Origin: Candidatus Obscuribacteraceae bacterium
GTDB lineage: Bacteria; Cyanobacteriota; Vampirovibrionia; Obscuribacterales; Obscuribacteraceae
Direction: 5' to 3'
Assembly (NCBI GenBank): GCA_044229845.1
Contig: JBGASG010000005.1
Coordinates: forward strand, 349,078-413,077
DNA length: 64,000 nt
The notes beneath the pieces were generated by a model. That model was not told the origin of the DNA, did not search any database, and saw only the letters and a program-made list of their open reading frames with translations. Below are positions 9,284 to 18,201 of the stretch, in pieces; position 1 is the first letter of the stretch, and each line of letters starts with the position of its first letter. Position numbers and translations under genes: made by a program.

Positions 9284-11090
9284 TACATCAACCACTGCAA
9301 ATTCCTTTGGCAGCCGCCTATCGGGAGCACTGGTCAAGACCAATGACTGGTTGAAGACTCGCTTCAACGGTATTGATCTCTTCGATGAGCACTATGGGCT
9401 GGAAGCCAAAACGAACCCCTTCTATTCGTTGGGCTCGATTTTCTACCTGGTCTGGTTCATAGTCATGTTCACGGGACTCGTATTGATCATGTGGTACGTG
9501 CCGACGAAAGCTCAGGCCTTCGACTCGATTCTCCATATTCAGCACGGCATTCCGCTGGGCAACTTGATGCGCGGATGCCACAAGTACGGCGCGGACGCCA
9601 TGATCATCGCCGCCACCATGCGGCTTTTCCGCATGTTTCTTGCCGCCGACTACAAACCCGGCAAAGAGTTCAACATCGCTATTGCGCTTGTCACGCTCTT
9701 GCTCTCGATGTATTCCGGTCTGACCGGATATCTGCTCATCTGGAACCAGCGTGCATTTTGGGCGACCAAGGTGTTTGCCACCTTCCCGACTTATATGGAT
9801 CAGTTCCCGGTGATGGGCGACTTCTACATGCCGCTGGTCAAATCCGTGCACATGGGCTGGAATACAGCCGAGTTTCTGCTCGGAGCCGGCGGCGCCATCA
9901 CGCAGGAGACGATTACGCGTTTCTTCTCATTGCACCTGGCGTTCTCTCTGATACCACTGATTTTCGTCGAACTGTATTTCTACAAGACAGGCTTCAAGCG
10001 CGTTCCGCTCAACTGGATCAAGCGCTCGGTGATCATCCTCATGCTGATCATCGTTTCGATCATCATGCCGGCTGCGCTCGGACACCGCTCCAACCCGGAC
10101 GTAACGCCGCTGCCGATTTTGTCCGACTGGTACTTCCTCGGCTTGTATCAGATGTACAAATATCTGGAGCCGGTGGTGGCAACCGAAATCACGATGGTGA
10201 TTCCGCTCACCGTCGTCCTCCTTCCTTTCATCGATGTCTGGGTGACCGGACCGGAAAAAGATATCTGGAAGCGCCCGCTGATCTTTATGACCAGCATCAT
10301 GGGCTTCGTCTGCTGGATCGTCTTCTCGATTTTGATCATCGTCAACATCGCCAACATCCACAACGATCCGCCCTACTGGCGCTCGTTCCTCTGGTGCCTG
10401 CCTAACATCGGCATGCTCTGGCAACTGGTTGTTTACTTCGGTGAAAAGAACCCGGTTCTCAAAGCCAAGTTTGCGGTCGGCGCCATGGCGATGGCGATTG
10501 TCGCCGGCATTCAGACCATACTCGCCGTGTTCTACTACTACATGGCTCTCACGGAGATGTTCTTCTCACCGATCACTCAGTCGCTCACTTACTGGATGCT
10601 CCGTCCTTTCGTACCGGATGCCTCCCAGCTCGAGCAAGCAATGAAGACGGTGCAGCCTCTGTCGACCTACACCGCCTCGACCTACACCGCAACCTGGCAA
10701 GCCACTGTGCTGTCCAACTTCGTGGAGAAGGGCGGACCCGCGCAGAAAGCTGCTTACGACACAGTTTTGCAACTGTGCCAGAAAACATCGCCGCTCGATT
10801 TCATCTTCAAGGCGATTCCCACCTTCGATCCTAACCACCCTGTCTATGCCAGCATGACCGACTTCCTGGTCACCAACCGCTATGCATACGACTATGTGGT
10901 CTTCTGCGGGCGCATGAACGGCGATGTGAAACCGTACCCGCTTTATGTTCCGGAAGTTGACTGGTTCTGGATGGTGGGCGGTTTCGTGACCATGGTCGCC
11001 TGCTTGATCGTCTGGAACAAACTGCGCAATCTGCCGAAGACGGCTCCGGCAGCTCAAACGCAGACCGCACCGGCCACCAACCCGTCATAG
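9276..11090 (+). CDS. Cytochrome b paralogue 1 (b6 + subunit IV-like fusion with C-terminal extension)
   Basis: NPFYSLG, RGCHKYGA, TGYLLIWNQRAFWA, TRFFSLH, SDWYFL (PEWY-like). TTG start at 9276, 9 nt after GGAGG. Confidence 0.9.
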   Translation: MPDTSTTANSFGSRLSGALVKTNDWLKTRFNGIDLFDEHYGLEAKTNPFYSLGSIFYLVWFIVMFTGLVLIMWYVPTKAQAFDSILHIQHGIPLGNLMRGCHKYGADAMIIAATMRLFRMFLAADYKPGKEFNIAIALVTLLLSMYSGLTGYLLIWNQRAFWATKVFATFPTYMDQFPVMGDFYMPLVKSVHMGWNTAEFLLGAGGAITQETITRFFSLHLAFSLIPLIFVELYFYKTGFKRVPLNWIKRSVIILMLIIVSIIMPAALGHRSNPDVTPLPILSDWYFLGLYQMYKYLEPVVATEITMVIPLTVVLLPFIDVWVTGPEKDIWKRPLIFMTSIMGFVCWIVFSILIIVNIANIHNDPPYWRSFLWCLPNIGMLWQLVVYFGEKNPVLKAKFAVGAMAMAIVAGIQTILAVFYYYMALTEMFFSPITQSLTYWMLRPFVPDASQLEQAMKTVQPLSTYTASTYTATWQATVLSNFVEKGGPAQKAAYDTVLQLCQKTSPLDFIFKAIPTFDPNHPVYASMTDFLVTNRYAYDYVVFCGRMNGDVKPYPLYVPEVDWFWMVGGFVTMVACLIVWNKLRNLPKTAPAAQTQTAPATNPS

Positions 11091-11098
11091 GAGAGCCC

Positions 11099-11410
11099 AT
11101 GAAAAAGCACTGGTCTCTACGCTACTCGATGTTCATTTTCTCGGTCATCTCGCTTTCATGGTTTTTTGCGGGATGGCGGGGTATTAACGAACACGGTGCC
11201 GTTGCTGACTGGGCACTGCTTGTCGGTGCAACGCTTTTGACGGGCGGGCTCCTGGCTGTGCAGGGTTACTGGATCTATATAGAGGAACTGGCAAAGGGCA
11301 GTTTGAAACGGCGCATCGGAATTTTCGATCGCATCCACGCCAAGATGTCAGCTGGTACTGCGGCCGGTGCCTTGCAGGGCGCCACCACCCACAAGAAAGG
11401 GGAACTATAA
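11099..11410 (+). CDS. Small two-TM protein of the respiratory operon
   Basis: GGAG RBS, two hydrophobic segments, tight operon packing. Confidence 0.65.
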   Translation: MKKHWSLRYSMFIFSVISLSWFFAGWRGINEHGAVADWALLVGATLLTGGLLAVQGYWIYIEELAKGSLKRRIGIFDRIHAKMSAGTAAGALQGATTHKKGEL

Positions 11411-11797
11411 ATGGACCTCAACTCAAAGCCAGTCACCATGACCACCATCATAGTCTGCCTTGCTTTCGTCGGGCTGACATTCGTTGGTGCTTTGATGCTG
11501 CCGTCTTCCGAGTTGCTCGGGTGGGAAGTGATCACCCACAAACCCCAAGCCGGCGACTCACCGGTTTTGACATTCGAGCCAGCCAAGCACATAGCCACAG
11601 CCCTGACGAATCTGGGCGATGACGCCTGCAAAGCCATCTGGCACAAAGACTTCAAAACTCTGGCAGCAGAGGATCCCAACGTCCAATACTACGCATACTC
11701 TCTCTTCCTCGCGGCGGCACTATTAGCCGCGGGGGTGGCTTTCGCCGTTGTCGGACGGCTGGAGTCCGAAGAGCGTACTCTCATTCCAACCAAGTAA
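11411..11797 (+). CDS. Small two-TM protein of the respiratory operon
   Basis: Abuts the previous stop codon; N- and C-terminal TM segments. Confidence 0.65.
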   Translation: MDLNSKPVTMTTIIVCLAFVGLTFVGALMLPSSELLGWEVITHKPQAGDSPVLTFEPAKHIATALTNLGDDACKAIWHKDFKTLAAEDPNVQYYAYSLFLAAALLAAGVAFAVVGRLESEERTLIPTK

Positions 11798-11825
11798 GAA
11801 CTGAAGGCAAGGGAAATCAATCCAA

Positions 11826-12995
11826 ATGGCGTTATACACCGAACCCTTAAACCGAGCTAGCCAGCGTGTTGAACACTGGATCAATGCTGTGTCGACCAGC
11901 AAGTACAACCCCTTCTATTATCACGGCGCACTGCCGCAGTTTTTCCTGTGGGTGCTCTTCCTCTCGGGTCTGTTGCTGTTTGCCTATTACATCCCGACCA
12001 TCGATAACGCTTATTCATCGCCGCGGTTGATCAACGCCTACACCTCGGTCGAATACATCACCAAGACAATTCCTTTTGGTGTCGTGGTGCGCGCCATGCA
12101 CCGTTATGCAGGCGACGCGATGGTAATCACGATCATCCTGCACGCGTTGCGCGTGTGGTTCACCGATCGTTATCGTCAGTACCGCATTATTCAATGGCTC
12201 TCCGGTATCGTGCTGTTCCTTTTGGTGCTGGTCATCGGTCAGACCGGTTATTACCTGGTCTGGGATGAGCGCTCCTTGCTGCTCACCCGCATGACGGTAA
12301 CCGCGTTCGATTCATTGCCCATTATCGGCGAACCGCTCAAACTGTGGTTCCTCAACGGCAAAGACATCACCAACTTGACGCTGGCCAACTTCCTGTTCAT
12401 CCACATTGGTCTGTCATTCTCACTCTTGTTCGGCCTCTGGATTCACTACGTGCGCATGCAGCGCCCGGTGGTGACGCCACCGCCCGCGATGAACTACATT
12501 CTGATGGCTTTGATCATCGTGGCTGTATTCGCGTTTCCGATCACGACCGGCGGCCGAATGGAATTTCCGGCAGCCGACCTGACGAAACCGGCAACGCAAC
12601 TGTCCATCGACTGGTTCTTCCTCTTCCCGTACTGGATGATGCTGCACATGCCGATGGCGGCATTCTGGGGTGTGACCATTGTTGTCACCGCCCTCCTGTG
12701 CTACATCCCCTATCTCGTGAAGACTCCTCCCGTTCAAGCGGCGGAAGTGGTCGACACCAAGTGCACCGGCTGCTCGCTGTGCGCCAAAGACTGCCCGTAC
12801 GCCGCCATCGAAATGGTGCCCGCACCAGCCGGCAGCCGTTTCAAACTGCTGGCGACGATCATGCCCTATCGCTGCTCGGGCTGCGGAGTCTGTGTCGGTG
12901 CCTGCGCCTTCGACGCGGTCGACCTGCCCAACCTTCTCGATACTGATGTGACCACGAAGATCAAAGAGCTTGCCTCTTCCGGATCAACTACATAG
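11826..12995 (+). CDS. Cytochrome b paralogue 2 fused to a 2[4Fe-4S] ferredoxin domain
   Basis: Four haem His (RAMH-13x-H, FIH-13x-H), IDWFFL; C-terminal CTGCSLCAKDCP and CSGCGVCVGACA. Confidence 0.9.
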   Translation: MALYTEPLNRASQRVEHWINAVSTSKYNPFYYHGALPQFFLWVLFLSGLLLFAYYIPTIDNAYSSPRLINAYTSVEYITKTIPFGVVVRAMHRYAGDAMVITIILHALRVWFTDRYRQYRIIQWLSGIVLFLLVLVIGQTGYYLVWDERSLLLTRMTVTAFDSLPIIGEPLKLWFLNGKDITNLTLANFLFIHIGLSFSLLFGLWIHYVRMQRPVVTPPPAMNYILMALIIVAVFAFPITTGGRMEFPAADLTKPATQLSIDWFFLFPYWMMLHMPMAAFWGVTIVVTALLCYIPYLVKTPPVQAAEVVDTKCTGCSLCAKDCPYAAIEMVPAPAGSRFKLLATIMPYRCSGCGVCVGACAFDAVDLPNLLDTDVTTKIKELASSGSTT

Positions 12996-13014
12996 ATAAG
13001 GGAAACGAAACCAC

Positions 13015-13452
13015 ATGGCTGGCAAAGTTATCACTCTCATTTGTGAACGCTCGTGCGAACTGACCGCAGAGCACCTCAACGGCAACGAACTGAAAGGCGT
13101 GCCGGGAGTCAACGTGGTCAAGTATCCGTGCTCCGGCATGATTCAACCGCTGATGATCGAAGCGGCACTGAAAGCCGGCGCCGACGGTGTCGTAGTCACC
13201 GGTTGCGAGATCGGCGATTGCTACTACCGCGAAGGCAATCGCATGATTCGCGAGCGCTTGCTCGGCGACCGTCCGCCGACGTTGAAAAAGGGAACGGACC
13301 GTCGTCGCGTCATGGGTCTCTGGCTCTCCCGCGTTCAAACAGACCGCCTGATCAACGAAGTGAAGGAATTCCGCGCCAGCCTAGATAAGCTGCCGCCGCC
13401 CACACCAGAGGCAAAGAAACCTGCTGCTGCGCCCCCGAAAGCACAATCGTGA
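13015..13452 (+). CDS. MvhD/FlpD-like [2Fe-2S] protein (hydrogenase delta subunit family)
   Basis: ICERSC, YPCSGMI, GADGVVVTGCEIGDCYYREGN match the MvhD pattern. Confidence 0.85.
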   Translation: MAGKVITLICERSCELTAEHLNGNELKGVPGVNVVKYPCSGMIQPLMIEAALKAGADGVVVTGCEIGDCYYREGNRMIRERLLGDRPPTLKKGTDRRRVMGLWLSRVQTDRLINEVKEFRASLDKLPPPTPEAKKPAAAPPKAQS

Positions 13453-13461
13453 GAATGAAAA

Positions 13462-13584
13462 ATGGCCGCTAAAGAACCCAAACTAACCGACATTCAATAC
13501 ATCACCCGCTGGACCTGGTTCTTCCTTTTGTACTTCGCCTGCATTTTGCTGATCGCCTCGTTCGGTCTGGTAGCTGAATTCTAG
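13462..13584 (+). CDS. 40-aa single-TM peptide, last gene of the respiratory operon
   Basis: Manual translation MAAKEPKLTDIQYITRWTWFFLLYFACILLIASFGLVAEF*, 9 nt after the MvhD-like stop; below the ORF-track cutoff. Confidence 0.55.
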   Translation: MAAKEPKLTDIQYITRWTWFFLLYFACILLIASFGLVAEF

Positions 13585-13640
13585 AATCTAGTCCAGGCAT
13601 CCCGGCAACCCGGCGTCGTACAACAGCACTCTTTGAGGTC

Positions 13641-14336
13641 ATGCAGATGAAACTTCAGGAAGTGACGTCGCAGCTGCGTGCGCTCGGCACCACCCAGAAC
13701 ATCAAAACGTACCGCAGACACGGTGCTGATGACAACGTGTACGGCGTCAGCTTCGCCGATCTGAAAACGATGGCGAAGAAGATCAAAGTCGACCATCAGT
13801 TGGCGCTCGATCTGTGGGAGACCCAAATCGTCGACGCACGCTGTCTGGCTACCATGATCATCGATTGCGAACGGATTGATGAAACGCTGGCGCACCGCAT
13901 GCTCTCAGACCTGCGCATGTCCATGCTGATCGACTTACTCGGCGGCTGCGTAGCTAAAAGTCCTGTCGCCATGACTTTGATCGAAGACTGGATCAAGTCT
14001 GACCAGGACTCAGTTCGGCAATGCGGATATGTCGCGCTGTCCGTTTGTTTGAAGAACGGATCGATTTCTGACGAAACAGCATCGGCGTTTCTGCAGAAGA
14101 TCGAGAAAGAGATTCATGAATCTCCCAATCGCTCGAAACATGCGATGAATGCCGCCGTCATCGCAATCGGCGTTCACAAGCCGAAGTTGACCGATGTCGC
14201 CATTCAAACTGCCATCAATATAGGCACCGTGAAAGTCGATCATGGCGACACCGCCTGCAAAACTCCAAATGCGGCCGCCTACATCAAAAAGTCAGTGGCG
14301 GCGAAGAAACCGAAACTGAAAACCAACGTTACCTGA
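13641..14336 (+). CDS. DNA alkylation repair protein (AlkD-like HEAT repeat)
   Basis: YGVSFADLKTMAKKIKVDHQLALDLW, KHAMN, IGTVKVDHGDTACKTP. Confidence 0.8.
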   Translation: MQMKLQEVTSQLRALGTTQNIKTYRRHGADDNVYGVSFADLKTMAKKIKVDHQLALDLWETQIVDARCLATMIIDCERIDETLAHRMLSDLRMSMLIDLLGGCVAKSPVAMTLIEDWIKSDQDSVRQCGYVALSVCLKNGSISDETASAFLQKIEKEIHESPNRSKHAMNAAVIAIGVHKPKLTDVAIQTAINIGTVKVDHGDTACKTPNAAAYIKKSVAAKKPKLKTNVT

Positions 14337-15193
14337 TGGATGATTTGCTCGCGGCGCTGCTCGCTAAATTCGATGACAGCGAGCGTTATCGCGCTGTTCT
14401 ATTGGCAGGCAGTGCCGCCCGCGGTGACCTCACCACATACAGTGACATCGATTTAGTTTTCTTTTGCGACAATTTGCATGCGCTTGCCGGCGCAAGCGCG
14501 GCTGAGCGTCGTCGGCTCGCCTATCAGTTGAAGTACTTTGATGATGGAGAATCCACTGCCCTGCCGAGACTGGTAAGTCTTTCCGTACGATCCTTCGGCG
14601 ATTCAGCAAAGTCCATGTGGGACCCGGTAGAAGCGATTCGCTACGTTCAGGGCTTGCGCGATGGGCGCGTGTTGCGTGACACCGACGATCGGCTGGCGCA
14701 ATTGAAACAGGCTGCCGATGCGTTCGTGTGGGACAGCGAGATGCAGTCCGACGCCTGCCGGCGAGCCAGTTATGAACTGGCGGGTTGCGCAGAGGAGGTG
14801 CACAAGATTTTGCGCGGTCTGTCCACCGGCGATCAAGGCGCCATGTTCAACGGCGCCCTGGGGATTATTTTGAACATGCCGACGGTGGTGGCGCTTGCCC
14901 GAGGTGTCTTGTCAGGCGGGGAAAACGTCTTCAACTTTCAGGTAAGAGAGAGCATGGGAGAGCATTCTCGCTGGTCGCGCTGCCTGCAGCTGGCTTCCGG
15001 ATCCTTTCCGATGGCCTTGCCGCCTGGGATGCCCAACTTCCCGCCGATCGCTTTGCAAGCCATTGCAGCCTTCTGGCTGTTTGACGAGACCGCGGTCGTC
15101 ATAGACGATATCCTGCTTGCTGAAGACAGAGAAGTAGTGCAGGGTGCACTGGGTATAGCAAAAGCATCGATGCTCATCCCCAGCATCATTTAG
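14336..15193 (+). CDS. Nucleotidyltransferase domain protein (KNTase-like)
   Basis: GSAARGD...SDIDL pol-beta motif with a helical C-terminal domain (EEVHK). Confidence 0.75.
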   Translation: MDDLLAALLAKFDDSERYRAVLLAGSAARGDLTTYSDIDLVFFCDNLHALAGASAAERRRLAYQLKYFDDGESTALPRLVSLSVRSFGDSAKSMWDPVEAIRYVQGLRDGRVLRDTDDRLAQLKQAADAFVWDSEMQSDACRRASYELAGCAEEVHKILRGLSTGDQGAMFNGALGIILNMPTVVALARGVLSGGENVFNFQVRESMGEHSRWSRCLQLASGSFPMALPPGMPNFPPIALQAIAAFWLFDETAVVIDDILLAEDREVVQGALGIAKASMLIPSII

Positions 15194-15234
15194 TTTAGTC
15201 GTGTAGCGATCGCCGATCTTCTCCGGAGAATGAT

Positions 15235-16065
15235 ATGGAAAATGCCATCAGCCTACAGGTGCTCTTCAAGGAACTCCCTCAGCTGAGTCCGCCGATGTTG
15301 ACCGGTATGGGAGCACGCGCTTCTAAAGCTTTCAAGGAAGTGACTTACGATTTTCCTGCCGACACCACGGTGGCGGGAGCGGGATACGCATCATTCGGAC
15401 CGCACAAAGTGAAGTTCGATTTTGTGCAACATCCGCTGCCCGACAAGTACCGCGCGACTATCGTCGATCACATTCACACCTCGGCCGAAATAGCCGGACT
15501 GGTCGAAGACCACAAGGCGTACATCGAACTTTCGTACGAAGGTGAAGAAACCGACCCGGTTGCTAAGTACTGCATATTGACCGTCCTCGGCTCGATGCTT
15601 GCCACCCAGGATGCGCTCATTCTCGCAAACTGCAATTCTCACTGCGCACTAAACGCCGCCAAATTGTTGTGCATGTTCGCCGGCAAAGACTGGATGGAGA
15701 GCATTCAACAATTGCCGCTCGTTTATTTGTTCTGCGGTGCAGCAGCGTATGATGTGCCCAATGACGACTCGAAAGTGTGGCTGCGCACGCACGGCAACCA
15801 CATGTTGAACATTCCTGATATCGGCGCGGAGTTCGACGTCAGTCAGCACGAAGAACTTGTGCCCCAGGCTCTCGAGACTTTCGAAACTCTGATGGGCTAC
15901 ATGAATGCGCTCGGCGTTCCAATCGCGCCCGGGCATACGGTCGAAGGCTCGACGATGATGATTACTGTCAAAGAGAAACCGGAGGCCACCGGCGAAATCT
16001 ACGACGCTCCGTCGGGACTCCTGACGCTGGCGTTCTCGCCGAAACCGGTGAGCACGGCAACCTGA
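15235..16065 (+). CDS. Hypothetical protein, DUF4261-like
   Basis: C-terminal WLRTHG..LNIPD...PGHT pattern; GGAG RBS. Confidence 0.55.
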   Translation: MENAISLQVLFKELPQLSPPMLTGMGARASKAFKEVTYDFPADTTVAGAGYASFGPHKVKFDFVQHPLPDKYRATIVDHIHTSAEIAGLVEDHKAYIELSYEGEETDPVAKYCILTVLGSMLATQDALILANCNSHCALNAAKLLCMFAGKDWMESIQQLPLVYLFCGAAAYDVPNDDSKVWLRTHGNHMLNIPDIGAEFDVSQHEELVPQALETFETLMGYMNALGVPIAPGHTVEGSTMMITVKEKPEATGEIYDAPSGLLTLAFSPKPVSTAT

Positions 16066-16277
16066 TCAACCGCGCCGCCACTGCCGAAACGCGTTGCCTG
16101 CCGCCCGCCGTAAACTTCGCAGACGCTGGCCCAGCACTGGGCCAAAACCTTTTCCGTTGGCCCGGTGGGTGGACAAACTGAACCCGCATTGCAAAAACCG
16201 AAGGCTGACTGGCCATGTACCGGGCCACTTGTCGCGCAACAGATTCGAAAAAGGGCTGCCCAGACGAAATCAACTAC

Positions 16278-18020
16278 TCATGCACTTGCCGGATGGCAAG
16301 TTTTGTCCGTGGTTGGTTCCAGGACGAGCACGCGGTGCGGTACGCGTTGCAGTTCCTGGAACAAGACACTGATGCGATCGTAATCTGCAATCGTTTTTCC
16401 GACCCAGACCGCCTGACGCATCCAGCCTTCAGTTTCGTGTCCATACGGGGCTTCGTCTCCGTGTGGACACGAGATGCTGTTGTTGTTTCTTTCCGTAGTC
16501 TGCAACTCCCGCTGCGACGCCGGTTTTGGCGCGAGCATTCCATCGTTGACGACAATTAGCTTGTCGCCGTCTTCTGCTTGCACATAAATGAGGCAATTGA
16601 GAAGGCGCGTCAATCGGCGCGAGCGCAAATAGTTTTGCGCCACCCGAGAAAGTAGACGAGCGATTTTCCAGGAAACCTCCTCCGCATCGACTTCTTTTTC
16701 GATAGCCACTCGCTCAGGTTTGATGATCACAGAGGTCTGAGTGCGCAGAGACTCGATGTGCAACTGTCCGTACGAACGCTCGATGAACTGCTCAGTTTCA
16801 AGCTGCACGTTTCCACGTTGAGAGGCGCGCAGCAGGCGAGCACCCATCGCAATCGTGAAGCGCGGGTCAGCAAATTGTTCGCGGGTCACCGACCAGCGTC
16901 GGCAAAAAACATCGACACCCGCCTCTAAAAGATGCGGATCGAGCGACTCCATAAAAATGCGAGCATCGAAGTCTCCGGTCGAAGCGCACCGACACAGTCG
17001 CAGCAGTCTGTCGAGCGACCAGGCGCTGGTGAATGGTCCGAGTGTGTGCGTTGCATCCGGACGCTCTGATTTGCTGCCGAAGTCACGCGAGCAAAAGAAT
17101 ATCTGTCGCCCTGTTTCCTTCAATGCCGCATTGTAGGGAGGATTGTGCAGCTTAATCAGATCAGACTCCATCACGGCGGCTTCAATCACGGTGTCGCAGG
17201 TGGTGACATCAATGTCACTGACCTGCGTGAGCATTTCCAGAAGTTCCGGATCGCGTTTCTTCTGACCTCGAAAATAGCTGTTGACGCGGCTCTTCAATGA
17301 TGTGGCTTTGCCGACGTAGAGTATGTCGCCATGGCGATCCAGCATGCGGTACACACCCGGCTTGTTCGGCAGCCCAAGGCGCTTATCGCGACTGATGGGA
17401 TATTCGTACTTGCCGCGTTTGCTTTTGAATGGCTGCGTCAGGAAGCGCACCAATTCTTCATCTGTTGTGATGTTGTTTTCGGCCAGAACCTCGACCAGAT
17501 ACTTCCAGATGATCCAGGTGGCATGCACATGAGAAGATGCCCGCTTCAGCGGTGGCAACCGCTTACCGAAAAATCCTGCGATGGCGCGAATGCCGCGCGC
17601 CGGAAAGTTCGGGTAAATGCGCCGCGCGATCTCGTGAGTGCAGTAAACCGAGAAATTGATCGGTGCGTTGTCGCGATAATTCACCAGTGGATCAAACATG
17701 AGACTGCGCAGAAACGGCATCTCGAATTTCGCATAGTGAATAACGCTGTATGGCGTAGCTGTCAGCGCTTGCCGCAGTGCGCGCGACACGTCTCGCTGAG
17801 AAACCGCTTCGTCAAGATCGTCGACCGTAATGCCGGTGAGTTCGGCAATTCTGTCCGGGATGAGATTATATGGCTGTTTAACGATGCAATATGTGATCTC
17901 CGGCAACTCGGTGCGCGCTGAGGCGCGGGCAAATGCTAGTTCCAATAGTCCGCCGGTCGTCGGGCTGGAACCCGTCGTCTGGCAGTCAACAAAAATCACT
18001 TCTCGATCAGCTAAATTCAT
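16278..18020 (-). CDS. DEDDh-exonuclease-like domain fused to UvrC/Cho-type GIY-YIG nuclease
   Basis: FVDCQTTG...LTGIT in the N-terminal part; LPNKPGVY..ILYVGKA..LKSRVNSYF..E..LIK.HNPPYN. Start at MNLADR after GGGGAG. Confidence 0.85.
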   Translation of the reverse strand: MNLADREVIFVDCQTTGSSPTTGGLLELAFARASARTELPEITYCIVKQPYNLIPDRIAELTGITVDDLDEAVSQRDVSRALRQALTATPYSVIHYAKFEMPFLRSLMFDPLVNYRDNAPINFSVYCTHEIARRIYPNFPARGIRAIAGFFGKRLPPLKRASSHVHATWIIWKYLVEVLAENNITTDEELVRFLTQPFKSKRGKYEYPISRDKRLGLPNKPGVYRMLDRHGDILYVGKATSLKSRVNSYFRGQKKRDPELLEMLTQVSDIDVTTCDTVIEAAVMESDLIKLHNPPYNAALKETGRQIFFCSRDFGSKSERPDATHTLGPFTSAWSLDRLLRLCRCASTGDFDARIFMESLDPHLLEAGVDVFCRRWSVTREQFADPRFTIAMGARLLRASQRGNVQLETEQFIERSYGQLHIESLRTQTSVIIKPERVAIEKEVDAEEVSWKIARLLSRVAQNYLRSRRLTRLLNCLIYVQAEDGDKLIVVNDGMLAPKPASQRELQTTERNNNSISCPHGDEAPYGHETEGWMRQAVWVGKTIADYDRISVLFQELQRVPHRVLVLEPTTDKTCHPASA

Positions 18021-18201
18021 AAAGCTCCCCCAGCTGGTTATACACCAGTTGAGCGGCCGTGCCAATGTATAATCTGAACCGGTTAGGCGACGCATCGAAA
18101 TACGTTGGCGATGTAGTCGAAGATATTCTACGCAATACAACCGAAATCACTGAGTTGCAGGCCGGGTGAGAAACGATTTGCGTGACGCCGAGCGCTGCGG
18201 T

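Noticed and set aside
8717..12995. Photosynthetic cytochrome b6f
   Set aside because: No haem-ci Cys, no cytochrome f, b and subunit IV are fused, and no photosynthesis genes are present.
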